Source: Sandaracinaceae bacterium
GTDB taxonomy: Bacteria > Myxococcota_A > Polyangia > Polyangiales > JAFGIB01
Length of the DNA stretch: 64,000 nt
Direction: 5' to 3'
NCBI GenBank assembly: GCA_017881055.1
Contig: JADGRF010000120.1
Coordinates: 489-64,488, forward strand
Part shown: positions 1 to 8,499 of the stretch, in pieces
Layout of the letters: every line of letters starts with the position of its first letter
Numbering within the stretch: position 1 is the first letter of the stretch
Program-made: the position numbers and the translations under genes
The notes under the pieces: model-generated
The model's database searches: none
Seen by the model: the letters and a program-made list of their open reading frames with translations, nothing else
What the model was told of the DNA's origin: nothing

Positions 1-741
1 CGCAAGCTCGTGCTGCCGGGCGAGCTTCAGATCGGCTTCGCGTATCAGCTCGGCGCGCGCCCGCTGAACCGTAGATTCGTGAACCCGCACGATGTCGAGA
101 GGTCGCTGCGGACTGAAATGCTGAAGCTGCGCAAGGAGCGCTTGCAGGAGCAGTCGCTGCGCGAAGAGCAAGCTCGGCAGCTGCGCGAGTCGGTGGAAAC
201 GGGGCCGCCACGCGCGGTCGCGAGTGTGGAAACCGATCCGAGCGCGCTGCCTGCGCCGCGCGATCGCGAGTTTTGGGCAGAGGAAGAACGTACCCGCACG
301 ACCGAGGAGCAAGAGCTGCGGGCCGCCCTCGAGACCGCCGAGATCGATCGTAAAGCCGCGGTGGTCGGCTTGCCACGCCAGTACCTGTTGCTCTCTGTCG
401 ACCTGATCTTCACCGACGCGACGACCAACGGCGTGGGCATCGAATCGTTGTTGACGCAGATGAGACAAGTCTCCGGCGACAAGCCCTCGCTTGGCGCACG
501 GTTCGGCGCCGAGGGTGAGCCGATCAAAGGCCGCTGGAAGGCTCGCGTGGGTACGTATCTGGAGCCCAGCCGCGCAGCGGGGGTGGCCTACCGCGGCCAC
601 GCGACGTTCGGCAGCGACGTGCGCTTGTTTCGTTGGAACCTGTTCCGTTTGCTCGACCCGTTCGACGTGCGCATCGGGGCCTCGCTCGACATCGCGCCCC
701 GCTACAACAACTTCGGTGTGGGCCTCGGCATCTGGCACTGA
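1..741 (+). CDS. C-terminal part of a hypothetical protein (5' end outside window)
   Basis: Frame 1 is open from base 1 (RKLVLPGELQIG...) to a stop at 739-741. Strong G/C third-position bias. Charged Glu/Arg-rich middle and beta-rich C-terminus. No family recognised. Confidence 0.5.
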   Translation, partial: RKLVLPGELQIGFAYQLGARPLNRRFVNPHDVERSLRTEMLKLRKERLQEQSLREEQARQLRESVETGPPRAVASVETDPSALPAPRDREFWAEEERTRTTEEQELRAALETAEIDRKAAVVGLPRQYLLLSVDLIFTDATTNGVGIESLLTQMRQVSGDKPSLGARFGAEGEPIKGRWKARVGTYLEPSRAAGVAYRGHATFGSDVRLFRWNLFRLLDPFDVRIGASLDIAPRYNNFGVGLGIWH

Positions 742-775
742 TCGCCTCACGTGCTAGGCTCGCTGCGGTTTTTGC

Positions 776-2485
776 TTGGAGCTTCACGGCAACACTGCGG
801 GCCTCGGCCCTTCGGAGCGCAAGGCGCTCGAGCGTCTGTATCGCAGGCGTGTTCCGTTCTCGGTCGCGACCACGAGCGAGCTGACCCATTCGCTGTGCGA
901 AGCTTCGCAGCTGACGCGCCGGCAGATCGGCGTGCTCGTGAATCGCGGCGGCGAAATCGAGTACGTCGTGGTGGGCGATGCCGCGAAGCTCTGGCTGCCG
1001 GACCTCGGTCGCGTGCGCGCCGGCAGCGGCCGCTTCCGTGGCTTGCGGCTTTTGCACACGCACCTGCGCAGCGAGCCGCTGACGCGCGACGACTTAGTCG
1101 ACCTCACGCGCCTGCGCCTCGACATGGTGCTCGCGATCTGCCTCTCGCCCCAAGGCGAAGCCCGCAGCGTGTACTACGCGCACTGCGTACCCAGCAGCGA
1201 GCGCGGCGGTGAGCCGTACCGCAGCTACGGCCCGATCCCGTACGCGAAGCTCGAGCTCAACCCCGAAGAGCTGGTCACGGCGCTCGAGACGGAGTTCGCG
1301 CGTGCGCTGCGCACCCGCAAAGTGGTCGCCAAGGACGGTCGCGCGATTCTCTTGCACGTGTGCGAGAAGTCGCGCGCGCACTTCGTGCAGGACTCGCTGC
1401 GCGAGCTGGCGGACTTGGCGCGCACAGCGGGCGTGGAGGTCGCGGACACCGTGGTGCAGGTACGCGATCGCCTGGATCCGAAGCTCGTGGTCGGTCGCGG
1501 CAAGCTCGAGGACATCGTGGTGCGCGCCATGCAGCTCGACGCGGACGTGCTGATCGTCGATCGCAACTTGAACGCGACCCAAGCCGCGTCGATTGCGCAG
1601 CTGACCGACATGAAGATCATCGATCGCACGCAGCTGATCCTCGACATCTTCGCGCAGCATGCGCAGAGCCAGGACGGCAAGCTCGAGGTCGAGCTGGCGC
1701 AGACGCGCTACTTGTTGCCGCGCCTAGGCAGTCGCGACGACTCGCTCTCGCGCTTGACCGGCGGCATCGGCGGTCGTGGTCCTGGCGAGACCAAGCTCGA
1801 GATCGGCAAACGTCGCGCACGCGAGCGCATCAGCTATCTCGAGGACCGCCTGTCGCAGCTGGAGAAGCGCCGCCATCAGCAGCGCCGTCGTCGTCGCGAG
1901 TCCGAAGAGCCGCTGATCGCGATCGTGGGCTACACCAACGCAGGCAAGAGCACGCTCTTGAATGCGCTCACCGGCAGCGATGTGCTCGTGCAAAACAAGC
2001 TCTTCGCCACGCTGGACACGCGCTCGCGGCGCACGCGGCTTGGGCTTGGTATCTCGGAGCAGCCCTCGGCTCTCCGTGTTTCGGAGCGCGATGTGGTCTT
2101 CACCGACACCGTCGGCTTCATCCGCGACTTGCCCAAGGAGCTGTACACCGCGTTCAAGGCGACGTTCGAGGAAGCGGGCGCGGCGGATCTCTTGCTGCAC
2201 GTCGTCGATGCCTCGGACCCGGCGTTCGAGGAGCACGTGAAGACGACCGAGGACTTGTTGCGCGAGCTGGAGCTGGCCGGCATCCCACGCATCGTGGTGT
2301 TGAACAAGAGCGATCAGCTTCCGAAGGAGCAGGCGGAGCACCTGGCAGAGCGTTACGAAGGCGTCGCGGTGAGCGCCACGGACCCGAGCTCGCTCTCCGT
2401 GCTCCTGCAGCGCATCGCAGCCACGCTGGCATTGATGTCAGCTGCAGCAGGACGCACGCAAGAGCTCATTTTGCCACCGGCTTGA
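776..2485 (+). CDS. hflX: GTPase HflX with N-terminal extension
   Basis: HflX N-domain (DRTQLILDIFAQHAQSQDGKLEVELAQ). G1 GYTNAGKST, G3 DTVGF, G4 NKSD. TTG start in the ORF track. Confidence 0.9.
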   Translation: MELHGNTAGLGPSERKALERLYRRRVPFSVATTSELTHSLCEASQLTRRQIGVLVNRGGEIEYVVVGDAAKLWLPDLGRVRAGSGRFRGLRLLHTHLRSEPLTRDDLVDLTRLRLDMVLAICLSPQGEARSVYYAHCVPSSERGGEPYRSYGPIPYAKLELNPEELVTALETEFARALRTRKVVAKDGRAILLHVCEKSRAHFVQDSLRELADLARTAGVEVADTVVQVRDRLDPKLVVGRGKLEDIVVRAMQLDADVLIVDRNLNATQAASIAQLTDMKIIDRTQLILDIFAQHAQSQDGKLEVELAQTRYLLPRLGSRDDSLSRLTGGIGGRGPGETKLEIGKRRARERISYLEDRLSQLEKRRHQQRRRRRESEEPLIAIVGYTNAGKSTLLNALTGSDVLVQNKLFATLDTRSRRTRLGLGISEQPSALRVSERDVVFTDTVGFIRDLPKELYTAFKATFEEAGAADLLLHVVDASDPAFEEHVKTTEDLLRELELAGIPRIVVLNKSDQLPKEQAEHLAERYEGVAVSATDPSSLSVLLQRIAATLALMSAAAGRTQELILPPA

Positions 2486-3575
2486 GCGCGACTTTGCCGT
2501 CTTTCACCACGACCTCGAAGTCGATCTTCTTGCCGGCGTGCTTCTTCTCGAGCTGGGGTAGCATGCTGCGCAGGCTCTTCTCGATGCTCTCGAGCTTCAC
2601 GTTGTCGACGCGCTCGGCGTTGTCTTTGCGCGCGGCCAGGTACTTGGCGTAGATGCGCTGCACGTCGGCGTTCGAGAGGCCTGCTTTCGGGCGCGCAGCC
2701 GCGGGCGCCCGCGCAGGCGGGGCGGCACTCGTTGCAGCTGACGGAAGTGGAGGCGGTGCGGGCTTTAGCGAGGTGTTCGCTGGTGCCGGAGGCGGTGCGG
2801 GCTTCAGCGAGGTGTTCGCTGGTGCCGGAGGCGGCGGCCGTGCGCCGGCAGTAGCGCCGGGTGGCAACGGCAGCGCAAACGGCGAGATCGCGCGCGCGCC
2901 GACGGGGGGCCGCGGCGGGATGGGTGGCAAGCTCCCGGCAGGTGGTCGACCGGAAGGAACCGGGGGCACGGCAGGTGGTCGAACGGAAGGAACCGGGGGC
3001 ACGGCAGGTGGTCGACCGGAAGGAACCGGGGGCACGGCAGGTGGTCGCGCGCCCTGACTCGCTACGTTGAGCACGAGCTGGTCGCGCAACGGCTTGGGTG
3101 GTGCAGGTTTTGGCCCGTCGTTCGACGCGGCCGCGGCCTCGGCTGCGTGCGCTGCGTCGGAGAGCGCGCTGTCGAGATCGACGTCCGTGTCCGTGTCCGT
3201 GTCGCGCGAGCCGTCGCGTGACCCGTCGCTTCGGTTCGGGTCGCGCGCTTCGGCCTCGGCTGCGGCCCGGTCGCGCAGCTTGCGCGCCTTCAGCACGTCG
3301 CGCTGGTACGTGCCTTCTTCCATCTGGCGTCCGATCCGCCGCCAGTATGTGATCAACAGCTGGTAGCGCTGGCCGACCTGCTGTAGCCGGAAGCGCAGGG
3401 CGGTGTTGCGCACCTGCTCGCGCTTGAGTCGCTGGATCAGCTCGTCGAGCTCGGCGCGAGGCACCACGGGCTCGGTGCGCTCGAACCCGGCGAGCCACTG
3501 GTCGTAGAGGGTCTTCAGGCGCCTAAGGCGTATCTCGACATCGTGCAGCGATGCCTCGAACTGCTTCTGGTCCAT
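2466..3575 (-). CDS. Coiled-coil / proline-rich repeat protein (myxobacterial-type conserved hypothetical)
   Basis: 369-aa ORF with a structured N-terminus (LYDQWLAGFERTEP...). The central Pro/Ala region is encoded by 33-bp and 39-bp tandem DNA repeats. Conserved-looking C-terminus (YAKYLAARKDNAERVDNVKLESIEKSL). ATG at 3575 lies 6 nt after the upstream gene's stop. Confidence 0.75.
   Translation of the reverse strand: MDQKQFEASLHDVEIRLRRLKTLYDQWLAGFERTEPVVPRAELDELIQRLKREQVRNTALRFRLQQVGQRYQLLITYWRRIGRQMEEGTYQRDVLKARKLRDRAAAEAEARDPNRSDGSRDGSRDTDTDTDVDLDSALSDAAHAAEAAAASNDGPKPAPPKPLRDQLVLNVASQGARPPAVPPVPSGRPPAVPPVPSVRPPAVPPVPSGRPPAGSLPPIPPRPPVGARAISPFALPLPPGATAGARPPPPAPANTSLKPAPPPAPANTSLKPAPPPLPSAATSAAPPARAPAAARPKAGLSNADVQRIYAKYLAARKDNAERVDNVKLESIEKSLRSMLPQLEKKHAGKKIDFEVVVKDGKVALKPVAK
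2749..2838. repeat. 39-bp tandem repeat (2 full units plus a partial) inside CDS 2466-3575
   Basis: Units at 2749-2787 and 2788-2826 differ at one base. They encode APPPAPANTSLKP twice on the minus strand. Confidence 0.9.
2937..3048. repeat. 33-bp tandem repeat (3 units plus a partial) inside CDS 2466-3575
   Basis: Units at 2937-2969, 2970-3002 and 3003-3035. They encode PPAVPPVPS(G/V)R repeats. Confidence 0.9.
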
Positions 3576-3581
3576 CGTTCT

Positions 3582-4256
3582 CTACAACGGCTTGATTCGC
3601 AGGTTGTCGAAGGTCAGCGCGGCATCCCAATCGTTGATCGCGAAGTGATCGTGCCCGGAGCCATAGAGCGGGTCGCTGTCGGTCATCGACGCCAGGGGCT
3701 GACCGTCGACCCAAGCTGCAATAGTAGCGCCGCGGCGCTCGATTTTCATATGGTAGGTTCGACCAGGTACGACCTTGTAGGCAGCCCCGACCACGCGGTC
3801 GTCGCCGTGCTCGTTCATGCGGGCGAGCACGTTGAGCGAGTTGTGCCAACCCCCGAAGATCACGACGTAGCTGGTCGCGGTGTAGCTCAGGCTCTCGGCC
3901 TTCGAAACGCCGTCACCGAACACTTCGACCTTGATGTCGCCGTCCGGGCTGTCGCTCTTCACGTCGAATTCGATCGCGACGTTGCGCGGCAGCGTGCGCC
4001 GCAGCCAGAGCGGCTTGTTGCGCGCGCCCTGGATCTTCAGCTGGCCCGACACCAGTTGGTACGGGCCGCCGGTGTTGTTCCACGCGTCGCCGAGAGCTGC
4101 GCGTTCGAAGTCGTCGCCGAAGCCCGAGCCGATGCCGGGATCGCCCTGCGGGGTGCAGCGAGCCAGCAGCAGGACGCCGAGCGCTGCAGCCATCAGCGGC
4201 AAGCCGCAGCTCGATGTCGTCCGCGCGCACGACATGGCCATTTCCTCGGTCCTCAT
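3582..4256 (-). CDS. Lipoprotein with concanavalin-A/LamG-like (DUF1080-like) jelly-roll domain
   Basis: I chose the internal ATG at 4256 (MRTEEMAMSCARTTSSCGLPLMAAALGVLLLARC, lipobox LLARC). It overlaps the upstream stop as ATGA. The C-terminus FAINDWDAALTFDNLRIKPL is typical of jelly-roll lectin folds. Confidence 0.7.
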   Translation of the reverse strand: MRTEEMAMSCARTTSSCGLPLMAAALGVLLLARCTPQGDPGIGSGFGDDFERAALGDAWNNTGGPYQLVSGQLKIQGARNKPLWLRRTLPRNVAIEFDVKSDSPDGDIKVEVFGDGVSKAESLSYTATSYVVIFGGWHNSLNVLARMNEHGDDRVVGAAYKVVPGRTYHMKIERRGATIAAWVDGQPLASMTDSDPLYGSGHDHFAINDWDAALTFDNLRIKPL

Positions 4257-5455
4257 GGTTGCGCCTTCGTCTTCGTGCCCTTTTGGTCCACGTCGGTGCA
4301 GCCGTCTTCGTTTTCGTCCTGGCCTTCTTCGGCGGCCACGTTCGGACACAGGTCGTCGATGTCCGGAATCAAGTCGTTGTCGTTGTCGGGATCGGGGCAG
4401 CCGTCGTTGTCTTGGAAGCCGTCAGGGTCTTCGGCCAAGAACGGACACTGATCCTTGGCATCGTCGATGCCGTCGCCATCGCTGTCGGCGTCGAGCGGCG
4501 AGAACGACAGGCCGAGCAGCAGGCGCCCGTCCGGCGTGCCGAGGCCGCCCGCGAAGCCGAGGCCCGCCCCGAAGCTGAGCGAGAACGAGCCGAGCAGCAC
4601 GCGCGCGCCGAGATCGAGCTCGATCGAGGTCGCCTGCGCCGAGCGAAAATCCGTGGCCCCGCGCGTCTCGACCATGGTCACGATCTTTGGTGCAGGAGGC
4701 AGCGGCAGCTTGAGCGCCGCGCCGAACGAAAGCTCGTCGTGAAATTTCAGCGGATCGTGCACGGAGGCTCCGGGCGCCACGCGATCGATCACGACGCCCT
4801 CGAAACGGTGACGCCAGCCGAGATTCAGCGCTGCTCCCGCACCCAGCAACTGAAAGTCCGCCAGCAGGGCAAGCTCGGTCCGCACGCTGCTTTCACCCGC
4901 GAACACGTTGCCGGTGTGCGTCGGCAGCACGGCCGTGGCTGCGAACGCGACGCCGGGGCCGTCCTTCGGCGCGTCCGGACGGCTCGAGCTCTCGCCGAGC
5001 ACGCGGTACTGCGCGCGCACGCGGCCGTCGCCCAGGTCGAAGCTCTGGTCATTGCTCGGGCTACCGGCCGTGCCGGCGTTCCAGCGCACGCTTTGATAGG
5101 GATACGCGGGCAGGGCTGCACCCAACGCCAAGCGTCCGCCGATGCCGACCTCGCCGCTGAGCCACGTGGCAAGGCGCAGGCGAACGCCCGTCAAATCCGA
5201 GCGCGTCCCGGCCGGAAGCTCCAGCGCCGAGCCTTCGTAGCTCGTGGTCAGCTGCAACACGTAGCTGCCGGGGCCAGGCGTGCGAGTCGCTTCCACGCCG
5301 AAGTAGCTGTCCGGGCCGGTCGCGGGCGAGAAGCGTTCACTGTCCAGCTCGGGCACCGACTGCGCGAACGTATTCGTTGCCCGCGACAGGGCTGTGAGCA
5401 GCAGCGCCCCCCATGCTACGCGTGCGCCCCACGTGTGACTCCGCATGCGCGGCAT
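4253..5455 (-). CDS. Secreted outer-membrane beta-barrel-like protein with C-terminal thrombospondin type-3 (Asp-rich Ca-binding) repeats
   Basis: Start taken at ATG 5455 (MPRMRSHTWGARVAWGALLLTALSRATNTFAQ signal peptide). The upstream part of the 523-aa track ORF is Arg-rich nonsense. TSP3-like DSDGDGIDDAKDQCP...DNDGCPDPDNDND. No OmpA C-domain follows. Confidence 0.7.
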   Translation of the reverse strand: MPRMRSHTWGARVAWGALLLTALSRATNTFAQSVPELDSERFSPATGPDSYFGVEATRTPGPGSYVLQLTTSYEGSALELPAGTRSDLTGVRLRLATWLSGEVGIGGRLALGAALPAYPYQSVRWNAGTAGSPSNDQSFDLGDGRVRAQYRVLGESSSRPDAPKDGPGVAFAATAVLPTHTGNVFAGESSVRTELALLADFQLLGAGAALNLGWRHRFEGVVIDRVAPGASVHDPLKFHDELSFGAALKLPLPPAPKIVTMVETRGATDFRSAQATSIELDLGARVLLGSFSLSFGAGLGFAGGLGTPDGRLLLGLSFSPLDADSDGDGIDDAKDQCPFLAEDPDGFQDNDGCPDPDNDNDLIPDIDDLCPNVAAEEGQDENEDGCTDVDQKGTKTKAQP

Positions 5456-5478
5456 CCTACGGGCTCCCGGCGCTGCCT

Positions 5479-6105
5479 TCAAACGTCGTCGCCTGGAATT
5501 TGTGTCGTCGCGCGGGCTTCCCGGCGGTCGAGCTCGTTGTGGACGATCGCGATCACATCCTCGGTGTGCAGGCTGCGGGGTCCGACCGACAGCGCGGTCG
5601 CGGTCAGTGTCGTGATCTGCGCGCGCGTGTCGTCTGCGAACCCGAGGTGGTCGCCGAGGAAGAACACGATGTCGTTGGGGTCGAGTGGGGCGTCGCGCAG
5701 ATCGGCGCCGTGCTCGTCGAGCAGGTGGCACGCCGCACCCGACAGCTCCGGCAGGACGGCCTCGACGCCGCCGCGCGCGATCGCGATGCCCGCTCGCACG
5801 GGCACGAACTCGGCGCTCTCGCACGGCGTGCGCAGCGCTTTCTGAATCACGGTCGCGAGGCTGCGATCGTCGGGACGCATGTAGCGTGCGGCCGCGCCAT
5901 CGAAACGTAACGTGGTCGTGCGCTCGCGCTCACCCTGCAGCACCAGATACACCACGCTGTCGCGCCGCAAGCCGTGCGAGACGAGCAGGCCGGCACGCAG
6001 CCCGCGCAGCAGCACGTCTAGACGACCACTGGTGCTCGGGATGTCCACGAGCAAGAAATCAGGCGATGCGGTGGCCTTGCTGCCGACGATCACGAAGCGG
6101 CGCAT
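5479..6105 (-). CDS. trmY: SPOUT methyltransferase of the TrmY (DUF358) type, tRNA pseudouridine-N1 methyltransferase-like
   Basis: 208 aa. MRRFVIVG...TSGRLDVLLRGLRAGLLVSHGLRRD...RPDDRSLATVIQKAL matches my recollection of the TrmY family layout. It sits directly downstream of ttcA. Confidence 0.65.
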   Translation of the reverse strand: MRRFVIVGSKATASPDFLLVDIPSTSGRLDVLLRGLRAGLLVSHGLRRDSVVYLVLQGERERTTTLRFDGAAARYMRPDDRSLATVIQKALRTPCESAEFVPVRAGIAIARGGVEAVLPELSGAACHLLDEHGADLRDAPLDPNDIVFFLGDHLGFADDTRAQITTLTATALSVGPRSLHTEDVIAIVHNELDRREARATTQIPGDDV

Positions 6106-6126
6106 TGGCGGGGCTCGCCCTTTCGC

Positions 6127-7023
6127 TCAAGCGGAAACGAGTGGCAAGCGTTTTGGCGTGCGCCTGGCGGCGGCTTCGCTGGCCGGATCCGAGTCGCCGA
6201 TCGTTCCAGCTGACTTCATGCCGCCGTCGGCCGCCGCGACGGGCAGGCCGAGCGCCTGCCAGAGTCGCTTGTCGAGCAGCTGCGAAGGCTGCACGTTGCC
6301 CATGGCCGCCAGCATGCTCTCCTTTGCGCGCGGGGCGAGCGCCTCGAGCTCCGAGAGCCAGCGCTTGACTTGCTTGCGCATCAGCTGCTCCTGCGAGCCG
6401 CACAGATCGCAGGGCAGAATCGGGAACGCCGCGAGCTGTGCGTAGCGCGCGATCTTCTCTTCGCTTGCGAGTAGCAGCGGGCGGATCACCACGTTGCGAC
6501 CGTCGTCCGAGATCAGCTTCGGCGGCATCGAGCGCAGCGAGCCCGTGAACATCAGGTTCATGAGCAGCGTTTCGATGGCGTCGTCGCGGTGGTGACCGAG
6601 CGCGAGCTTGGTGCAGCCCAGCTCCTCTGCGACGTTGTAGAGCACGCCGCGCCGCAGACGCGAGCACAGCGAGCAGTACGTCTTGCCCTCGGGCACGTTC
6701 GCTTTCACGACTTTGTACGTGTCTTCGCGAACGATCTTGTGCTCGAACCCGTGCTCCGCGAGCCAGCGTTCGAGCGGCGTGCCGTCGTAGCCCGGGTGGC
6801 CCTGGTCGAGATGCACCGCGACCATGGTGAAGTTGATCGGTGCGCGCTTTTGCAGGCGTGCGAGCAAGGTCAGCATGGTGTAGCTGTCCTTGCCACCCGA
6901 CAGACACACCATCACGCGGTCGCCCTCCGAGAGCAGCTGGAACTCCCCGACGCAGCGACCCAAGTCGCGCGACAGCTCCTGCTCCAACCGGTCGCGTTCG
7001 TTGTCTGGGCTGGGCTGTGTCAT
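6127..7023 (-). CDS. ttcA: tRNA 2-thiocytidine biosynthesis protein TtcA
   Basis: PP-loop VCLSGGKDS. Cys motifs CSLCSRLRRG and CDLCGS. HLDQGHPGY. Confidence 0.9.
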   Translation of the reverse strand: MTQPSPDNERDRLEQELSRDLGRCVGEFQLLSEGDRVMVCLSGGKDSYTMLTLLARLQKRAPINFTMVAVHLDQGHPGYDGTPLERWLAEHGFEHKIVREDTYKVVKANVPEGKTYCSLCSRLRRGVLYNVAEELGCTKLALGHHRDDAIETLLMNLMFTGSLRSMPPKLISDDGRNVVIRPLLLASEEKIARYAQLAAFPILPCDLCGSQEQLMRKQVKRWLSELEALAPRAKESMLAAMGNVQPSQLLDKRLWQALGLPVAAADGGMKSAGTIGDSDPASEAAARRTPKRLPLVSA

Positions 7024-7031
7024 GCGCGATC

Positions 7032-7163
7032 TACGCGGAGAGCCGCAGGCTGCTCCGCGGGTATGTTACTCACGGTACGCGGAGAGCCGCAGGCTGCTCC
7101 GCGGGTATGTTACTCACGGTACGCGGAGAGCCGCAGGCTGCTCCGCGGGTATGTTACTTACGG
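7032..7163. repeat. 3 x 44-bp tandem repeat, each unit holding a GC-rich hairpin (CGCGGAG-AGCC-GCA-GGCT-G-CTCCGCG)
   Basis: Units at 7032-7075, 7076-7119 and 7120-7163. The first two are identical and the third has one C-to-T change. It fills the hisD-ttcA spacer, and the hisD TAA stop (7154-7156) lies inside unit 3. Confidence 0.95.
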
Positions 7164-8413
7164 TACAGCGACGCTCGTGCGTGCGCCTCCAGGCCTTCCA
7201 TGCGCGCGAGCTCCGCAAGCAGCTCTTGCTGCGCCAGGATTGCCTCACGGCTGTAGCGAATCAGCGAGGTGCGCACGACGAAGTCGTAGACGCCGAGCGG
7301 TGAGCTGAAGCGCGCCGCGCCACCCGTGGGCAAGACGTGGCTCGGCCCCGCGGCGTAGTCGCCGGCGGCTTCCGGCGTGTAGTCGCCCAGGAACACCGCG
7401 CCGGCCGCGCCGATCTTCGCGAACAGCGCGTCGGGATCGCGCACTTGCAGCGACAAGTGCTCGATGGCGAGTAGATCCGCGACGCGCGCCGCCTCGTCCA
7501 AGTCACGCGCGACGAAGCAGAAGCCGTGATCGCGCAGTGAGGCGCTGGCAATCTCGCGCCGCGGCAGCGTGGCCAGCTGCGCTTGCAGCTCGCGCACGAC
7601 CGCCTCGGCCTGCGAGCGGCTGATCGTGATCAAGAGCGGATACGCGGCTTCGTCGTGCTCCGCTTGCGAGAGCAAGTCGGCCGCGACCACGCGGGGATCG
7701 GCTTGGTCATCTGCGACGACCAAGATTTCGCTCGGCCCCGCGATGCTGTCGATGTCGACGACGCCGAACACCAAGCGCTTGGCACACGTGACGTACAAGT
7801 TACCCGGCCCGACGATCTTGTCGACGCGCGTGATGCTCTGCGTACCGTACGCGAGCGCGGCCACGGCCTGCGCGCCGCCGGCATCCACCACTTCGGTCAC
7901 GCCCGACAGCTCGGCTGCAGCCAGCACTTCGCCTTCCGGGTTCGGTGTGACGAGCACGATGCGCTTCACGCCGGCCACCTGCGCCGGAATCGCCGTCATG
8001 AGCACGGTCGACGGGTAGCGTGCCTTGCCGCCCGGCGCGTAGACCGCCACAGAGCTCATCGGACGCACGCGCTGGCCCAGCTCGATGCCGTTCTCGGTGT
8101 AGCGAAAGCCGTTGTCGCGCTGATGCTCGTGGTAGCGGCGCACGCGGCTGGCCGCCTTGGCGAGCGCGGCGCGCGTGTGCTCCGGAACCTGCCGCGCGCG
8201 CTCGTGGAAGTCGGAGACCACCAGCTGCTCGGGCTCGCGCTTGTCGTAGCGCAACGAAAGCTCGCGCAGCGCGGCGTCGCCTTCGGCCCGCACCTTGCGG
8301 ATGATCTCGCGAACCTGGGGCTCGACCCGCTCCAAATCCTCGTCACCGCGCCGTGTCAGGCGCGTGAGCTCGCTGGCGTAAAGGGGGTCGCTCTCTGTGA
8401 AGACCTTCAACAT
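7154..8413 (-). CDS. hisD: Histidinol dehydrogenase
   Basis: 419 aa. SIAGPSEILVVAD and LLSQAEHDE motifs. Full-length architecture. Confidence 0.95.
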   Translation of the reverse strand: MLKVFTESDPLYASELTRLTRRGDEDLERVEPQVREIIRKVRAEGDAALRELSLRYDKREPEQLVVSDFHERARQVPEHTRAALAKAASRVRRYHEHQRDNGFRYTENGIELGQRVRPMSSVAVYAPGGKARYPSTVLMTAIPAQVAGVKRIVLVTPNPEGEVLAAAELSGVTEVVDAGGAQAVAALAYGTQSITRVDKIVGPGNLYVTCAKRLVFGVVDIDSIAGPSEILVVADDQADPRVVAADLLSQAEHDEAAYPLLITISRSQAEAVVRELQAQLATLPRREIASASLRDHGFCFVARDLDEAARVADLLAIEHLSLQVRDPDALFAKIGAAGAVFLGDYTPEAAGDYAAGPSHVLPTGGAARFSSPLGVYDFVVRTSLIRYSREAILAQQELLAELARMEGLEAHARASLYRK

Positions 8414-8464
8414 GGGCTGCGGAGGCTTAGCAAACGTAGGCGTTTCGCGCTACACACCGGCCAT

Positions 8465-8488
8465 CCGAAGAGCCGCAGGCTACTTCGG
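8465..8488. repeat. Solitary copy of the hairpin core with compensatory outer-stem changes (CCGAAG-AGCC-GCA-GGCT-A-CTTCGG)
   Basis: The inner AGCCGCAGGCT is identical to the 7032-7163 units. The outer stem changes from CGCGGAG/CTCCGCG to CCGAAG/CTTCGG. It lies in the hisD/cysS divergent spacer, 12 nt before the cysS ATG. Confidence 0.7.
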
Positions 8489-8499
8489 TGAAAGAAACC

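Noticed and set aside
7032-7163. Tandem repeats (also 18438-18505 and 20747-20824) considered as CRISPR arrays
   Set aside because: The units are directly contiguous with no unique spacers, there are only 2-3 copies, and no cas genes are present.
8488-8499. GTG 8488 as the cysS start (ORF-track start)
   Set aside because: ATG 8500 gives the family-typical N-terminus (MALRLHNTLT). GTG 8488 lies inside the hairpin element.
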